From positions 640,001 through 704,000 of the forward strand of contig OY970399.1 of the NCBI GenBank assembly GCA_963720545.1: DNA of 64,000 nt. The letters are read 5' to 3'. Positions 20,718 to 30,879 of the stretch are shown one piece after another; the first letter of the stretch is position 1; the number at the start of each line of letters is the position of its first letter. The stretch comes from an uncultured Acidobacteriota bacterium (GTDB lineage Bacteria; Acidobacteriota; Vicinamibacteria; Fen-336). Position numbers and translations under genes: made by a program. Below the pieces are notes generated by a model. That model was not told the origin of the DNA and did not search any database. It saw only the letters and a program-made list of their open reading frames with translations.

Positions 20718-21389
20718 ATGCTGCTGCCGGTTCACATTGCCGCCGGAGGCCTCGCGATCGTCCTGGGAGGGCTGGCCCTCGCCGCCGCGAAGGGCAGCTG
20801 GCTGCATCGCCGCGTCGGCCTCGTCTTCGTGGGCGCGATGGCGTTGATGGGCTCGACCGGAGCCGCAATGGCGTTCAGCAAAGGCGGGCTCACCAACCCG
20901 AACGTGTTTGCGGGCGGCATGGCCGTCTACTTCGTCCTGACCGCGTGGATGACCGTGCGCCCGGCGTCGCCCTGGACGCGGCGCATCACCGCGGCCGCCA
21001 TGACGATGGCGCTTGGCATTGCTTGTTGCGATGCGCTGTTCGGCATACGCGCCCTTGGCAGCCGAGGCGGAGTCCTCGACGGCGTCCCGTTCGCGATGTA
21101 TTTCTTCATGGGCAGCGTCCTGGCGCTCGCTGCGCTCGGCGACGCGCGCGTGCTCGTCTCCGGCCCGCCTCGCGGCAGCGCTCGACTGGCGCGGCACCTC
21201 TGGCGCATGTGCTTCGCGCTCTTCATCGCCGCAGGGTCCTTCTTCTCGCTGCGGGAGCGGGTGGCCGCTATCTTGCCCGAGCCCTTCACCTCAGCGCCGC
21301 TGCGGACCCTGCCGATCCTGCTGCCCTTCGCGGCGATGCTCTATTGGTTGTGGCGCGTCCGCCGGCGCCCGATGCCGTCTTTTAGCTGA
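20718..21389 (+). CDS. Polytopic membrane protein (DUF2306-like)
   Basis: HIAAG...KGSWLHRRVGLVF...RHLWRMCFALFIA; about six TM helices. Confidence 0.75.
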   Translation: MLLPVHIAAGGLAIVLGGLALAAAKGSWLHRRVGLVFVGAMALMGSTGAAMAFSKGGLTNPNVFAGGMAVYFVLTAWMTVRPASPWTRRITAAAMTMALGIACCDALFGIRALGSRGGVLDGVPFAMYFFMGSVLALAALGDARVLVSGPPRGSARLARHLWRMCFALFIAAGSFFSLRERVAAILPEPFTSAPLRTLPILLPFAAMLYWLWRVRRRPMPSFS

Positions 21390-21456
21390 CCCCGAAGTCC
21401 TGAGGGCCACTCGCGCTTGCGCTGGCCCGAAGGACCCGCCGGTGCGACGATTGGCC

Positions 21457-22493
<1,037 letters not shown>

Positions 22494-22497
<4 letters not shown>

Positions 22498-22523
22498 CAT
22501 GCCGAACAACGCGCGGCGATAAT
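22494..22523 (+). promoter_or_regulatory. Sigma-70 promoter upstream of GAF/RomX-like gene
   Basis: TTGACA (22494-99), 18 nt, GATAAT (22518-23). Confidence 0.65.
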
Positions 22524-22582
22524 CCTCGAGGAAACCCCACCCAAGTGCCTGAAACACTGCGATTTCCGAGGATGCCCCAGCG

Positions 22583-23980
22583 ATGAGCCTAGAGGACGAT
22601 CTCAAGAACCAGACGCTGGCGGCTGTGGCGCAGGGCGTCGATCAGTGGCAAGGCAACCTGCGCCGCGCACTCACCCAGCACGAAGAGACCGTCGCTCGCT
22701 CGCTCGACGCCCTGCAGCGTGCCGCCTCGCTGGACCTCGGATCCCTCGAACCCGGCCTTGCGGCGGCCATCTCGCGCGTCGTCGCGGATCAGCCGCCGCC
22801 GGCGGCTGCGGTCGTCGAACCGGCGCCGGCCGCGCCCGCCGACTACACGCAACTGCGCGCGGCGCTGCAGACGATCGATGCGGCGAAGACGCTCTCCGAC
22901 GCAATGATGGCGCTCGTGAACGAGTCGCTGCGCTTCACCACGCGCGCGCTGATGCTGGTGATCAAGGGCAACACCGCAATCGGCTGGTACGGCAAGGGCA
23001 TCGCCTCCGAAGCGGTGCGCGCCATCGGCGTCGCGGTGGACAGTGGCGACGGCGCGGTTGCGAACGTGTACCGCAGCAAGCAGCCGCTGCGTGGTGCAGC
23101 CGACAATGACGCCTCGCAATGGGCCGGCCTGCCGCTCGGCGGCTCCCCCGGTTCGCGTCATGCGGTGCCGCTGGTGCTGCGCGACCGCGTCGGGGCCATC
23201 CTTTATACGGACTCGCCGCGCGAAGCCGCGGCGCACGACCTCGACAGCGTCGAGATCCTCGTGCAATACGCCGCGCGCGTCATCGACCTCATCACGGTAC
23301 AGCGAGCGGTCGCGAAGGTTGCGACAGGCCCGAACCCCGCCGGCACGCCTCGCTCCGGTCCGGTGGCGGTGCGCCCCGGTTCGGGGCCGGTGCCGGTTGC
23401 CATGCCGCGCCCAGGCTCCGGCCCGGTTCCGGTCTCCCCGCGCGCCGGTTCGGGTCCGGTGAAGGTGCAGGTGCCGGCGCCTCGCTCCGGCGCGGTGCCC
23501 ATCATGCGCACAGCGCCCCCGGTCCCGGCCCCGGCACAGGCCTACGTCGCGGTGCCGATGTCGCCGGCGGTCCCCGTCACGGTGTCCGAGTCCGCGCAGG
23601 TGGTCGAGATCACCGAGGAAGACGGCGCCAGCACCCTAATCTTCGACAGCTCGACTGTCGCCGCCGCGCTGCAGGCGCCGCCGACCCCGCCGCCGGTGGC
23701 GGCGCCGGCGCTCAGCGACAGCCAGCAGAAGGCTCACGACCAGGCCAAGCGGTTCGCGCGGCTGGTGGTCAGCGAGATCAAGTTGTACAACGAGTCGAAG
23801 GTGACGGAAGGGCGACGGAATCGTGACCTCTACGAACGGCTCAGGGAGGACATCGAGCGCGGTCGGCAGGTTTACACCGAACGGGTGCCCGGCGACGTGC
23901 GTGAATCGACGAGCTATTTCTACGACGAGCTGGTTCGCGTCCTCGCCGCCGGCGACGCCAGCGCGCTCGGGCCGATGTAG
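22583..23980 (+). CDS. Hypothetical protein: GAF-like domain, Pro-rich repeat linker, C-terminal helical RomX-like domain
   Basis: GAF-type AVPLVLRDRVGAILYTD; SGPVPV repeats; AKRFARLVVSEIKLYN...EDIERGRQVYTERV...YFYDELVRVLA. Confidence 0.7.
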   Translation: MSLEDDLKNQTLAAVAQGVDQWQGNLRRALTQHEETVARSLDALQRAASLDLGSLEPGLAAAISRVVADQPPPAAAVVEPAPAAPADYTQLRAALQTIDAAKTLSDAMMALVNESLRFTTRALMLVIKGNTAIGWYGKGIASEAVRAIGVAVDSGDGAVANVYRSKQPLRGAADNDASQWAGLPLGGSPGSRHAVPLVLRDRVGAILYTDSPREAAAHDLDSVEILVQYAARVIDLITVQRAVAKVATGPNPAGTPRSGPVAVRPGSGPVPVAMPRPGSGPVPVSPRAGSGPVKVQVPAPRSGAVPIMRTAPPVPAPAQAYVAVPMSPAVPVTVSESAQVVEITEEDGASTLIFDSSTVAAALQAPPTPPPVAAPALSDSQQKAHDQAKRFARLVVSEIKLYNESKVTEGRRNRDLYERLREDIERGRQVYTERVPGDVRESTSYFYDELVRVLAAGDASALGPM

Positions 23981-23984
23981 GTCG

Positions 23985-26150
23985 CTGCATCGGCACCTGG
24001 CCGCACCCGCCTCAGCCTTCCTCTTTCCCTTCCTGCTCGTCGCTGCCGCCGCCGCGCCTGTAGCCGCGGCCAGCACACAGGTGCGGCTCGGCCTCGAACC
24101 GGCGGACCGTGCCGAGACGGAACTGCGCGAAACCCTCGCGCGCCGCCGCACCATCGCCGACTTGTGGGCGCTCAGCGCACGCAATCCCGGCTCGACGGTC
24201 TCCGGGCTCGCGCAGGTCGCGGCGGGCTACGCGGCGCTCGGCTCCGCGAACCCGAAAGACGCGCTGACTTCGTTCCGCCACAAGGACGTGGCCGCGACCG
24301 AGCTCGGCGACGTCGCCGCGTTCGGGGAAGGTGAGGCGCTCGAAGCGCAGGGCAACGGCAACGCGGCAGCCGACGCCTACGCGCGCGCCGTCGCCAACCG
24401 GCCCGCGGGCACGCTGTCGTGCGAAGCCATCGTGCGCGGTTCCGAGCTGTACCTGCGCAAGGGCGATGCGCGCGCGGCGGCCGCGCTGCTCGACGCCGCT
24501 GCGCACTGCCCGCCGTCGAGCGAGCTGGTGGCGCGCGTCGCCGAGGCGCACGATGCCGCCGGCGACCGCGCGCTGGCGGCTGCCGCTTACGACCGGCTCG
24601 ACATCGAGTATCCGCAGTCGCAGGAGGCGCGCACCGCAGCGCCGCGGCTCGTGGCGCTGGCGTCGTTCCTGCCGCGCCTGTCGCCTGCCGACAGGACGCA
24701 GCGCGCCATCCGCAAGGCGGTGGCTGTGCTCGATGCGCGCGACTACCGGCGCGCCGCGCTGCTGCTGGGCGCCGTCGCCACGCAGGCGAGCGGCGAGGAC
24801 AAGTGGCTGGTGGCAACGCGCCTCGGGCAGGCGCTGAGCTCGTCGGGCCGCGCTCGTGAAGCCGACGCGGCCTGGCGCAGCGTGCCGGCGAACTCACCCT
24901 ATGCCGCCGAAGCCGCGTTTCGCCTGGCGCGCACGCGCAGCGGCGCGGCGAAGCTGACGGCGATGCGCACGGTCGCGGAGCGCTTTCCCAGGACGCCGTT
25001 CGCCGAGGAAGCGCTGCTGGCGATCGCCAACGAGGACCAGCGGGTCGGCAATCTCGGGGGGGCCGCGAAGACCTACCGCACGATGCTGCAGCAGTTTCCC
25101 GAAGGCCGCTACGTCGATCGCGCGCTCTGGCGCGCGGCGTGGGACGACTACAAGGCGCAGCGCTACGAACAGGTGGCCACGACGCTCGAGGCCGCGGCGC
25201 GCAGCCGCACCGGCAACGTGACCGCCGGCTACCTCTATTGGGCGGGACGTGCGCGCGAAAACCTCGGCGACAAGGATCGGGCGCGTACGCTGTGGGAGGA
25301 CGCGGTACGCCGCTACAAGGTGCACTACTACGGCACGCTCGCCGCCGACGCGCTGGCGCGGCTGCCGCCCCGGCCGGGCTCGCTCGCCACGCTGCGCACG
25401 CCGTTCGAGCCGCGGCTCGAGCTTCCCGACGCGGCGCTCGCGCGGGTCCGCCAGCTGGTGCTCATCGAGCGCTACGACACCGCGATTGCCGAGCTGGGAC
25501 AGCTGCCGGCCTCGAGCGCCACCGGTTCGGCGCTCGCCTGGATCGAGAATCGCCGCGGCCGGCTGCGGCCCGCGATCATCGCGATGAAGAGCGCCTTCCC
25601 CGAATGGGTGAGCGAAGGCGGCGATCACCTGCCCGCGGACGTGTGGCGGGTGATCTACCCGCTGGAGTTCCGCCAGTCGCTCGAGGAAAGCGCCGGCGAG
25701 CGTGGCCTCGACCCGGCGTTGCTGGCGGCGCTCGTCTGCCAGGAATCGACCTTCGACGCCAATGCGGTGAGCCGCACCGGCGCGCGCGGCCTGATGCAGA
25801 TCATGCCCGCCACCGGCCGGGTGCTGGCCCGCAGCCTCGGGCGCGTATGGAAAACGCTCATCCTCCATGAGCCCGAGGTGAGCATCGATTTCGGCTCCCT
25901 GTACCTTGCCAACATGCTGCGTCGCTTCGACGGCCGTGTGGAGCGGACCCTCGCGGCGTACAATGCTGGCCCCGGACGCGTGGACGCGTGGACCGCTTCC
26001 GATCGCGCCATGTCCGCCGAAGAATTCGTGGAAACCATTCCCTTCACCGAAACCCGCACTTACGTGATGACCATCCTCGCCTCGCGCGCCCAATACCGGC
26101 GCCTCTACTGGGATGGCGGGGCACGCAGCGCCTCGAGCCCCGGCCGGTGA
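23985..26150 (+). CDS. Soluble lytic transglycosylase (Slt family) with TPR repeats; start codon uncertain
   Basis: [42 protein letters not shown]; signal peptide begins just after the upstream stop. Confidence 0.9.
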   Translation: MHRHLAAPASAFLFPFLLVAAAAAPVAAASTQVRLGLEPADRAETELRETLARRRTIADLWALSARNPGSTVSGLAQVAAGYAALGSANPKDALTSFRHKDVAATELGDVAAFGEGEALEAQGNGNAAADAYARAVANRPAGTLSCEAIVRGSELYLRKGDARAAAALLDAAAHCPPSSELVARVAEAHDAAGDRALAAAAYDRLDIEYPQSQEARTAAPRLVALASFLPRLSPADRTQRAIRKAVAVLDARDYRRAALLLGAVATQASGEDKWLVATRLGQALSSSGRAREADAAWRSVPANSPYAAEAAFRLARTRSGAAKLTAMRTVAERFPRTPFAEEALLAIANEDQRVGNLGGAAKTYRTMLQQFPEGRYVDRALWRAAWDDYKAQRYEQVATTLEAAARSRTGNVTAGYLYWAGRARENLGDKDRARTLWEDAVRRYKVHYYGTLAADALARLPPRPGSLATLRTPFEPRLELPDAALARVRQLVLIERYDTAIAELGQLPASSATGSALAWIENRRGRLRPAIIAMKSAFPEWVSEGGDHLPADVWRVIYPLEFRQSLEESAGERGLDPALLAALVCQESTFDANAVSRTGARGLMQIMPATGRVLARSLGRVWKTLILHEPEVSIDFGSLYLANMLRRFDGRVERTLAAYNAGPGRVDAWTASDRAMSAEEFVETIPFTETRTYVMTILASRAQYRRLYWDGGARSASSPGR

Positions 26151-26950
26151 GCTTCCGGCTCGGCGACTTCAAGGCCCAGATCGACCCGGCGGTGCGGCCG
26201 GTGAAGGACGGCAAGCGTATTGGCCGCGGCAACGACGCGCTGCGCAACGTGAAGATCACGCCCGCCATCAACAAGCACGCCGAAGGCTCGGCGTTCATCG
26301 AGATGGGCGACACCCGCGTCATCTGCACCGCGAGCGTGGAGGAGCGCGTGCCGATGTTCCTCAAGGGCAAAGCCGAAGGCTGGGTGACCTCGGAATACGG
26401 CATGCTGCCGCGCGCCACCGGCACCCGCTCGCAGCGCGAGGTGTCGCGCGGCGGCGCCTCGGGACGCACCCACGAGATCCAGCGCCTCATCGGCCGCTCG
26501 CTGCGCGCGGTGGTGGACATGAAGATGCTCGGCGAGCGCACGGTCACCGTCGACTGCGACGTGATCCAGGCGGACGGCGGCACACGCTGCGCTTCGATCA
26601 CCGGCGGTTACGTGGCGCTGGCGCTGGCGCTGCTGCGCCTGCGCAACCAGGGCACCATCGCCAAGCTGCCGCTGCTCGACCACGTCGCCGCCGTTTCCGT
26701 GGGACGCGTCGCCGGTGCGGTGCGCCTCGACCTCGACTACGAGGAAGACTCGAGCGCCGAGGTGGACATGAACGTGGTGAAGACCGGCCGCGGCCGCTTC
26801 ATCGAACTGCAGGGCACCGCCGAGCACCGCACCTTCACCGACGACGACCTTGCCGAGCTGCTGGCGGCTGCTGCTGCAGGCATCAACAGCCTGGTCGCGG
26901 CGCAAAGGGAAGTGCTGGGCGAACTCGCCTTCAGGAAGAGCGAAGACTGA
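26147..26950 (+). CDS. rph: Ribonuclease PH
   Basis: [68 protein letters not shown]. Confidence 0.97.
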   Translation: MSFRLGDFKAQIDPAVRPVKDGKRIGRGNDALRNVKITPAINKHAEGSAFIEMGDTRVICTASVEERVPMFLKGKAEGWVTSEYGMLPRATGTRSQREVSRGGASGRTHEIQRLIGRSLRAVVDMKMLGERTVTVDCDVIQADGGTRCASITGGYVALALALLRLRNQGTIAKLPLLDHVAAVSVGRVAGAVRLDLDYEEDSSAEVDMNVVKTGRGRFIELQGTAEHRTFTDDDLAELLAAAAAGINSLVAAQREVLGELAFRKSED

Positions 26951-28028
26951 GCAGGAACTCGCGCGCCGCAGCGAGCGACTGGCCGCGGTGGCTGAGGCGG
27001 TCTTTCTCCGCGGGCTGCATCTCGCCGAACGTCTGCTCCCGGCCCGCCGGGATGAACACCGGGTCGTAGCCGAACCCACCGGCTCCGCGCGGCTGCGCCG
27101 CGATGCGGCCCTCCACGTGGCGCTCCACCTCGAACAGGATCGCACCACCGTCGGCGATGGCGACGGCGCTCGTGAAACGTGCGCCGCGCTCGCCTGGCGC
27201 AACGCCCTCGAGCTTCGACAAGAGCAGCTGCACCCGTCCCGCGTCGTCGAGACCCTCACCGCCGAAGCGGGCCGAGTGCAGCCCCGGCCCGCCGTCCAGC
27301 GCCGCGACGCTGAGGCCCGAGTCGTCGGCGAGGGTCAGCAGCCCGCTGCGGCGCGCGTAGTGCCGCGCCTTTTGCGCGGCGTTCTCGAGGAAGGTTTCGC
27401 CGGTTTCCTCGGGCGACTGGTCGATGCCGATGTCGCGCGGCCCCACGATCGCGTAGGGCAGGCCGACGACGAGCCCCTTCATCTCGGCGAGCTTGCCGGC
27501 ATTCTGGCTCGCGACCAGGAGGCGCACCCGCGTCTCCCCCGCCGCGCGCCGCACGGTCTCTTCCTTCAAGCCGTAAAGCGACGGCGCCTCGATGCCCAGA
27601 GCGCCGAGCGAAGTGTAGAGCTGGCCGCGGTGATGGATCTCGTGCTCGAGCATCAGGCGCAGCCACTTTCCGGCATTGAGTTCGGCCCCGCCGGGTGTCA
27701 TGCACGGCTGCGCAAGCGTGTCGTCGGGGAGCGCGCCGAGGATCGCGACGGTTTCGGCGTGCAGGCGGTCGGTGAGTTCCAGAATCGCATCGCGGTCGGC
27801 GGCGAATTCCGGGCCGCATCCTTTGTAGGCGCTGGGACGGCCGGAAAGCGTCTCGGCCCACATGAACCGCTCGGTGAGTGCGATGTGGCGCGCGAGGTCG
27901 CCAGCCGAGAAGGCGCCGGCGTACGGCCGGCCCTCGACGTTGTCAGCCGGGATCTGCGCCACCACGCGCCGTGTGCGCCGGTGCACGCCCCGGAACTCGT
28001 CTACGAATTCCGCGATGCTGCGAAACAT
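26931..28028 (-). CDS. rdgB: DinB-family domain fused to XTP/dITP diphosphatase (RdgB/HAM1)
   Basis: DinB: RHIA...[10 protein letters not shown]; Rdg[40 protein letters not shown]; single open frame. Confidence 0.9.
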   Translation of the reverse strand: MFRSIAEFVDEFRGVHRRTRRVVAQIPADNVEGRPYAGAFSAGDLARHIALTERFMWAETLSGRPSAYKGCGPEFAADRDAILELTDRLHAETVAILGALPDDTLAQPCMTPGGAELNAGKWLRLMLEHEIHHRGQLYTSLGALGIEAPSLYGLKEETVRRAAGETRVRLLVASQNAGKLAEMKGLVVGLPYAIVGPRDIGIDQSPEETGETFLENAAQKARHYARRSGLLTLADDSGLSVAALDGGPGLHSARFGGEGLDDAGRVQLLLSKLEGVAPGERGARFTSAVAIADGGAILFEVERHVEGRIAAQPRGAGGFGYDPVFIPAGREQTFGEMQPAEKDRLSHRGQSLAAAREFLLSLRSS

Positions 28029-28057
28029 GTGGTGAGCGGCCCCTCGTGCGAACTGAT

Positions 28058-28136
<79 letters not shown>

Positions 28137-28195
28137 GTTTGGCGCCGCATCCGCAGTAGGATGCGGCCGAGAGATTGTAACGCGATGGTGATGCG

Positions 28196-29125
28196 ATGAA
28201 CGAAGTCGGAGTGCTCGTCGAGGAGCTGCGGCACGCCTTCGAAGGCTCGCCCTGGCACGGCCCTTCCCTGTTCGGTGTGCTCGGGCGGCTGACTGCGGAA
28301 ACCGCCGACCAGCGCGGCGCGGCGCCACACAGCCCGTGGCAGCTGGCGCTGCACATCCAGGCATGGGTGCCGGCCGTGCACCGGCGCCTCGACGGCAAGC
28401 GTGCCGACCTCGGTCCCGACGAAGACTGGCCCGCTGTGGTCGAGGCAAGCCCTCAGGCATGGATGGCGCTGCGCGCGGCGATCGAAGCCGACGAGGGCGC
28501 GCTGCTGCGCCGGGTTGCCGCGATGAGCGTCGATGCGCTGCACGCGCCGATTGTCGGCAAGCATTACGACGCCGCTTTCATGCTGCACGGCCTCGCACAG
28601 CACATCGCCTACCACAGCGGCCAGATCGCGATTCTCGAACGCAGCGGCCCCGACCAGGCGCGCGGCTTGCTGCGCCACGCTCTCGCCACTCTCGCCTATC
28701 GCGGCAGCAAGGCAATCCGCGGCGTGCCCGCGGGCTTCGGCGATTTCGAGGGCGGCTCCTCGCTGCGCACGCCGCTGCAGATCCTCGCCCACATCGGCGA
28801 CCTGTGCGACTGGAGCCTGGCGCTCCTCGCCGGCGAGCACAAATGGAGCGAAGCCACCGCCAGCGACTGGACCACACAGTCGGCGCGCTTCCACGCCGGT
28901 CTCGCCGCCATCGACGTGCGGCTCAACGACCCTCGCCCGCTCGGATGTTCGTGCGAGCGCATCTTCCAGGGGCCGATAGCCGATGCGCTGACTCACGTCG
29001 GCCAGATCGCGCTGCTGCGGCGCATGGCGGGCAGCCCGGTGCGCGGCGAAAACTACTTCAAGGCCGACATCCAGGCCGGCGTCCTCGGCGCGCAGCAGCC
29101 GCCGCCGCGCCGCGAATTCGACTGA
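28196..29125 (+). CDS. Tandem DinB-like domain protein
   Basis: Domain 1: FEGSPWHGPSL...LHI...QHIAYHSGQI; domain 2: LRHALATLAYR...LAHIGDL...ALTHVGQIALLRR. Confidence 0.8.
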   Translation: MNEVGVLVEELRHAFEGSPWHGPSLFGVLGRLTAETADQRGAAPHSPWQLALHIQAWVPAVHRRLDGKRADLGPDEDWPAVVEASPQAWMALRAAIEADEGALLRRVAAMSVDALHAPIVGKHYDAAFMLHGLAQHIAYHSGQIAILERSGPDQARGLLRHALATLAYRGSKAIRGVPAGFGDFEGGSSLRTPLQILAHIGDLCDWSLALLAGEHKWSEATASDWTTQSARFHAGLAAIDVRLNDPRPLGCSCERIFQGPIADALTHVGQIALLRRMAGSPVRGENYFKADIQAGVLGAQQPPPRREFD

Positions 29126-29169
29126 CCCGGGACGCCCGGGAGCCGCGTGCTAAAATCCGTCCCGGCAAG

Positions 29170-29246
29170 GCGCCTGTAGCTCAGATGGATAGAGCGGCAG
29201 CCTTCTAAGCTGCGGGTCAGGGGTTCGAGTCCCTTCAGGCGCGCCA
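29170..29246 (+). tRNA. tRNA-Arg(TCT)
   Basis: Cloverleaf, anticodon arm GCAGC-CTTCTAA-GCTGC, encoded CCA; TGCTAAAAT extended -10 upstream. Confidence 0.97.
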
Positions 29247-29265
29247 GCTCGATTCATTCCTCGTT

Positions 29266-29343
29266 GGTGGGTGTAGCTCAGCTGGTTAGAGCGCCAGGTT
29301 GTGGCCCTGGAGGCCGCGGGTTCGAATCCCGTCACTCACCCCA
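29266..29343 (+). tRNA. tRNA-His(GTG)
   Basis: Encoded G-1, anticodon arm CCAGG-TTGTGGC-CCTGG, C discriminator, CCA. Confidence 0.97.
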
Positions 29344-29382
29344 ATTTACGAGGATGTCAACGGCACGGTGTTGTACTAAACG

Positions 29383-29403
29383 CCCCCGGCGACGAGCCGG
29401 GGG
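29383..29403. terminator. Terminator-like hairpin between tRNA-His and island gene
   Basis: CCCCCGGC-GACGA-GCCGGGGG with only short T runs nearby. Confidence 0.5.
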
Positions 29404-29467
29404 AAACGGTACAGGCTGGAGCCGCTCGGCTTACTCGAGACGATCGGCTCTTTTGAAAACAGTCAGG

Positions 29468-29923
29468 CTATTGCTCGCCTGCCGCACGTTCTGGCTGCGC
29501 GGATGTAGGAAGCCCCGCGCACGAAACCAGGGTCAAAGACGTTCCAGTGTTTTGGAAACTGGTGCCAGGGCCGCCGGCGCAATTGAGTTCCCAAGCGCCT
29601 CCAGGAATGCCCGTCAGGCCGCAGAGGAGGTTGTCACCAAAAGCCGCTGCCGAGTTGGCCCCAACAACGCTCACCTTTCGGGTGGCCGTGCCGGCGTCGA
29701 ACTCGAACGCGCCGCTCACCGGGATCGTATACTGACCCGAGGCGACCCAGTTGCCATACAGTGACCGATGGCCGAACTTCCCGGGATCGTTTCTTACCAG
29801 CTTCAATACGTCAGAAAACGGATCCAACTTATAACACACGTGAACCGGAGCGGCATAAGCCTGGCCCGCGAAGGCCGCGATCGACGCGGCAACAATGGTC
29901 GATGCCGTCAACACTTTCAGCAT
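29468..29923 (-). CDS. Secreted hypothetical protein (four Cys)
   Basis: GGAGG SD; signal peptide MLKVLTASTIVAASIAAFAGQAYA; beta-rich mature part. Confidence 0.8.
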   Translation of the reverse strand: MLKVLTASTIVAASIAAFAGQAYAAPVHVCYKLDPFSDVLKLVRNDPGKFGHRSLYGNWVASGQYTIPVSGAFEFDAGTATRKVSVVGANSAAAFGDNLLCGLTGIPGGAWELNCAGGPGTSFQNTGTSLTLVSCAGLPTSAQPERAAGEQ

Positions 29924-29935
29924 TACTTCCTCCAT

Positions 29936-30060
29936 GAGTCCCCGCCTCGCTCGCATGGCTCCAGAGCCATGCGGTTCACGGTACTATCGCTGTACGCCGT
30001 TTAGAAACCTACCGAAGTCAGGTGCCTTCGCTTGCGAGTACCGTGCGTATGCCTGGACTC
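29936..30060 (-). ncRNA. Candidate structured 5' leader RNA of unknown class
   Basis: Nested helices GAGUCC/GGACUC, CACGGUACU/AGUACCGUG, cUUCGg-capped stem and CGCAUGGCUC/GAGCCAUGCG, between promoter and SD. Confidence 0.55.
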
Positions 30061-30079
30061 GTTGTGAGGTGGGGCGCAA

Positions 30080-30109
30080 AGCGTAGTGGCTCGAAAAGAG
30101 GCTTGTCAA
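30080..30109 (-). promoter_or_regulatory. Sigma-70 promoter of island gene
   Basis: Minus strand TTGACA, 18 nt, TACGCT. Confidence 0.65.
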
Positions 30110-30239
30110 GAAAAATCCTCGCGGGCGGAACGCCATCCGACCGCCTGGCTCAGCGCCCACCGCTCCTGGGCGGCGGAAGGGCTTTGAGCGGGCGACCCCG
30201 TGGCACTCGAAACATCCGACCATCCAGACGACACTCTGT

Positions 30240-30280
30240 TGGCCCTGGAGGCCGCGGGTTCGAATCCCGTCACTCACCCC
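30240..30280 (+). repeat. attR-like duplicate of tRNA-His 3' half
   Basis: TGGCCCTGGAGGCCGCGGGTTCGAATCCCGTCACTCACCCC, identical to 29302-29342. Confidence 0.93.
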
Positions 30281-30414
30281 GCTTTGGCTAGTGACTGACT
30301 TGGCGTTTTGTAGAACGCCTTCCGCGTCGTGGCCGTCTTATGTGGAATTCAGCTGGACAACCGGCTAATCGTGGCATTTTCGATGGGCATGTCGCTTGCA
30401 CCCTTGTACGCCGG

Positions 30415-30864
30415 ATGTGGATGCCCAGCGAGAGAGTCACCGTCCTGAAGGCGCCTGCCAAGCTGTGGCACCTCGTTGGGACTCAGGTGAAGGTCTGGTC
30501 TACGGCGACGGGACCGCTCGGGACGCAGATCGTGACGGTTCTGGGTCTCGATGAATTTGGCCAGCGCCGCCTTTATGAGATGCGCGGCGATGATCTCGGG
30601 CCGGCGAATCCAGCGGCGGCGGTTGGCGTGAAGACCACGCACGTCAAGAACGGCTTCGTTCCTGGCGCGGAAGTCGTGCTGCTGGCGGATTCCGGCCTGG
30701 TGCCCAAGGGCACGACCGTGGTGATCCGCCGCGTGCTCGAGCCATTGCGCGATGCGCATCCCGAGGACACGATGATGATCGTCGATTGCGGTCACCTCGA
30801 CATCGTCGTCTTCCGCCAACACCTTGCCATCGCGCCCGTCGTCTCTCTCATCGATTCCGAATAG
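30415..30864 (+). CDS. Hypothetical protein
   Basis: Plausible beta-rich ORF filling the gap; GG-N10-GC sigma-54-like motif at 30385-30399 upstream. Confidence 0.6.
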   Translation: MWMPSERVTVLKAPAKLWHLVGTQVKVWSTATGPLGTQIVTVLGLDEFGQRRLYEMRGDDLGPANPAAAVGVKTTHVKNGFVPGAEVVLLADSGLVPKGTTVVIRRVLEPLRDAHPEDTMMIVDCGHLDIVVFRQHLAIAPVVSLIDSE

Positions 30865-30879
30865 GCGAATCCCTCGCCT

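Larger units (their letters stand above)
29302..30280. mobile_element. Integrase-less micro-island (or island remnant) at tRNA-His
   Basis: 41-bp exact direct repeat of the tRNA-His 3' half at 29302-29342 and 30240-30280; the enclosed DNA is visibly less GC-rich and holds one gene. Confidence 0.75.

Noticed and set aside
30181..30280. Second tRNA-His gene
   Set aside because: Only the 3' half is present; there is no D-arm or 5' acceptor strand, and the anticodon is broken.
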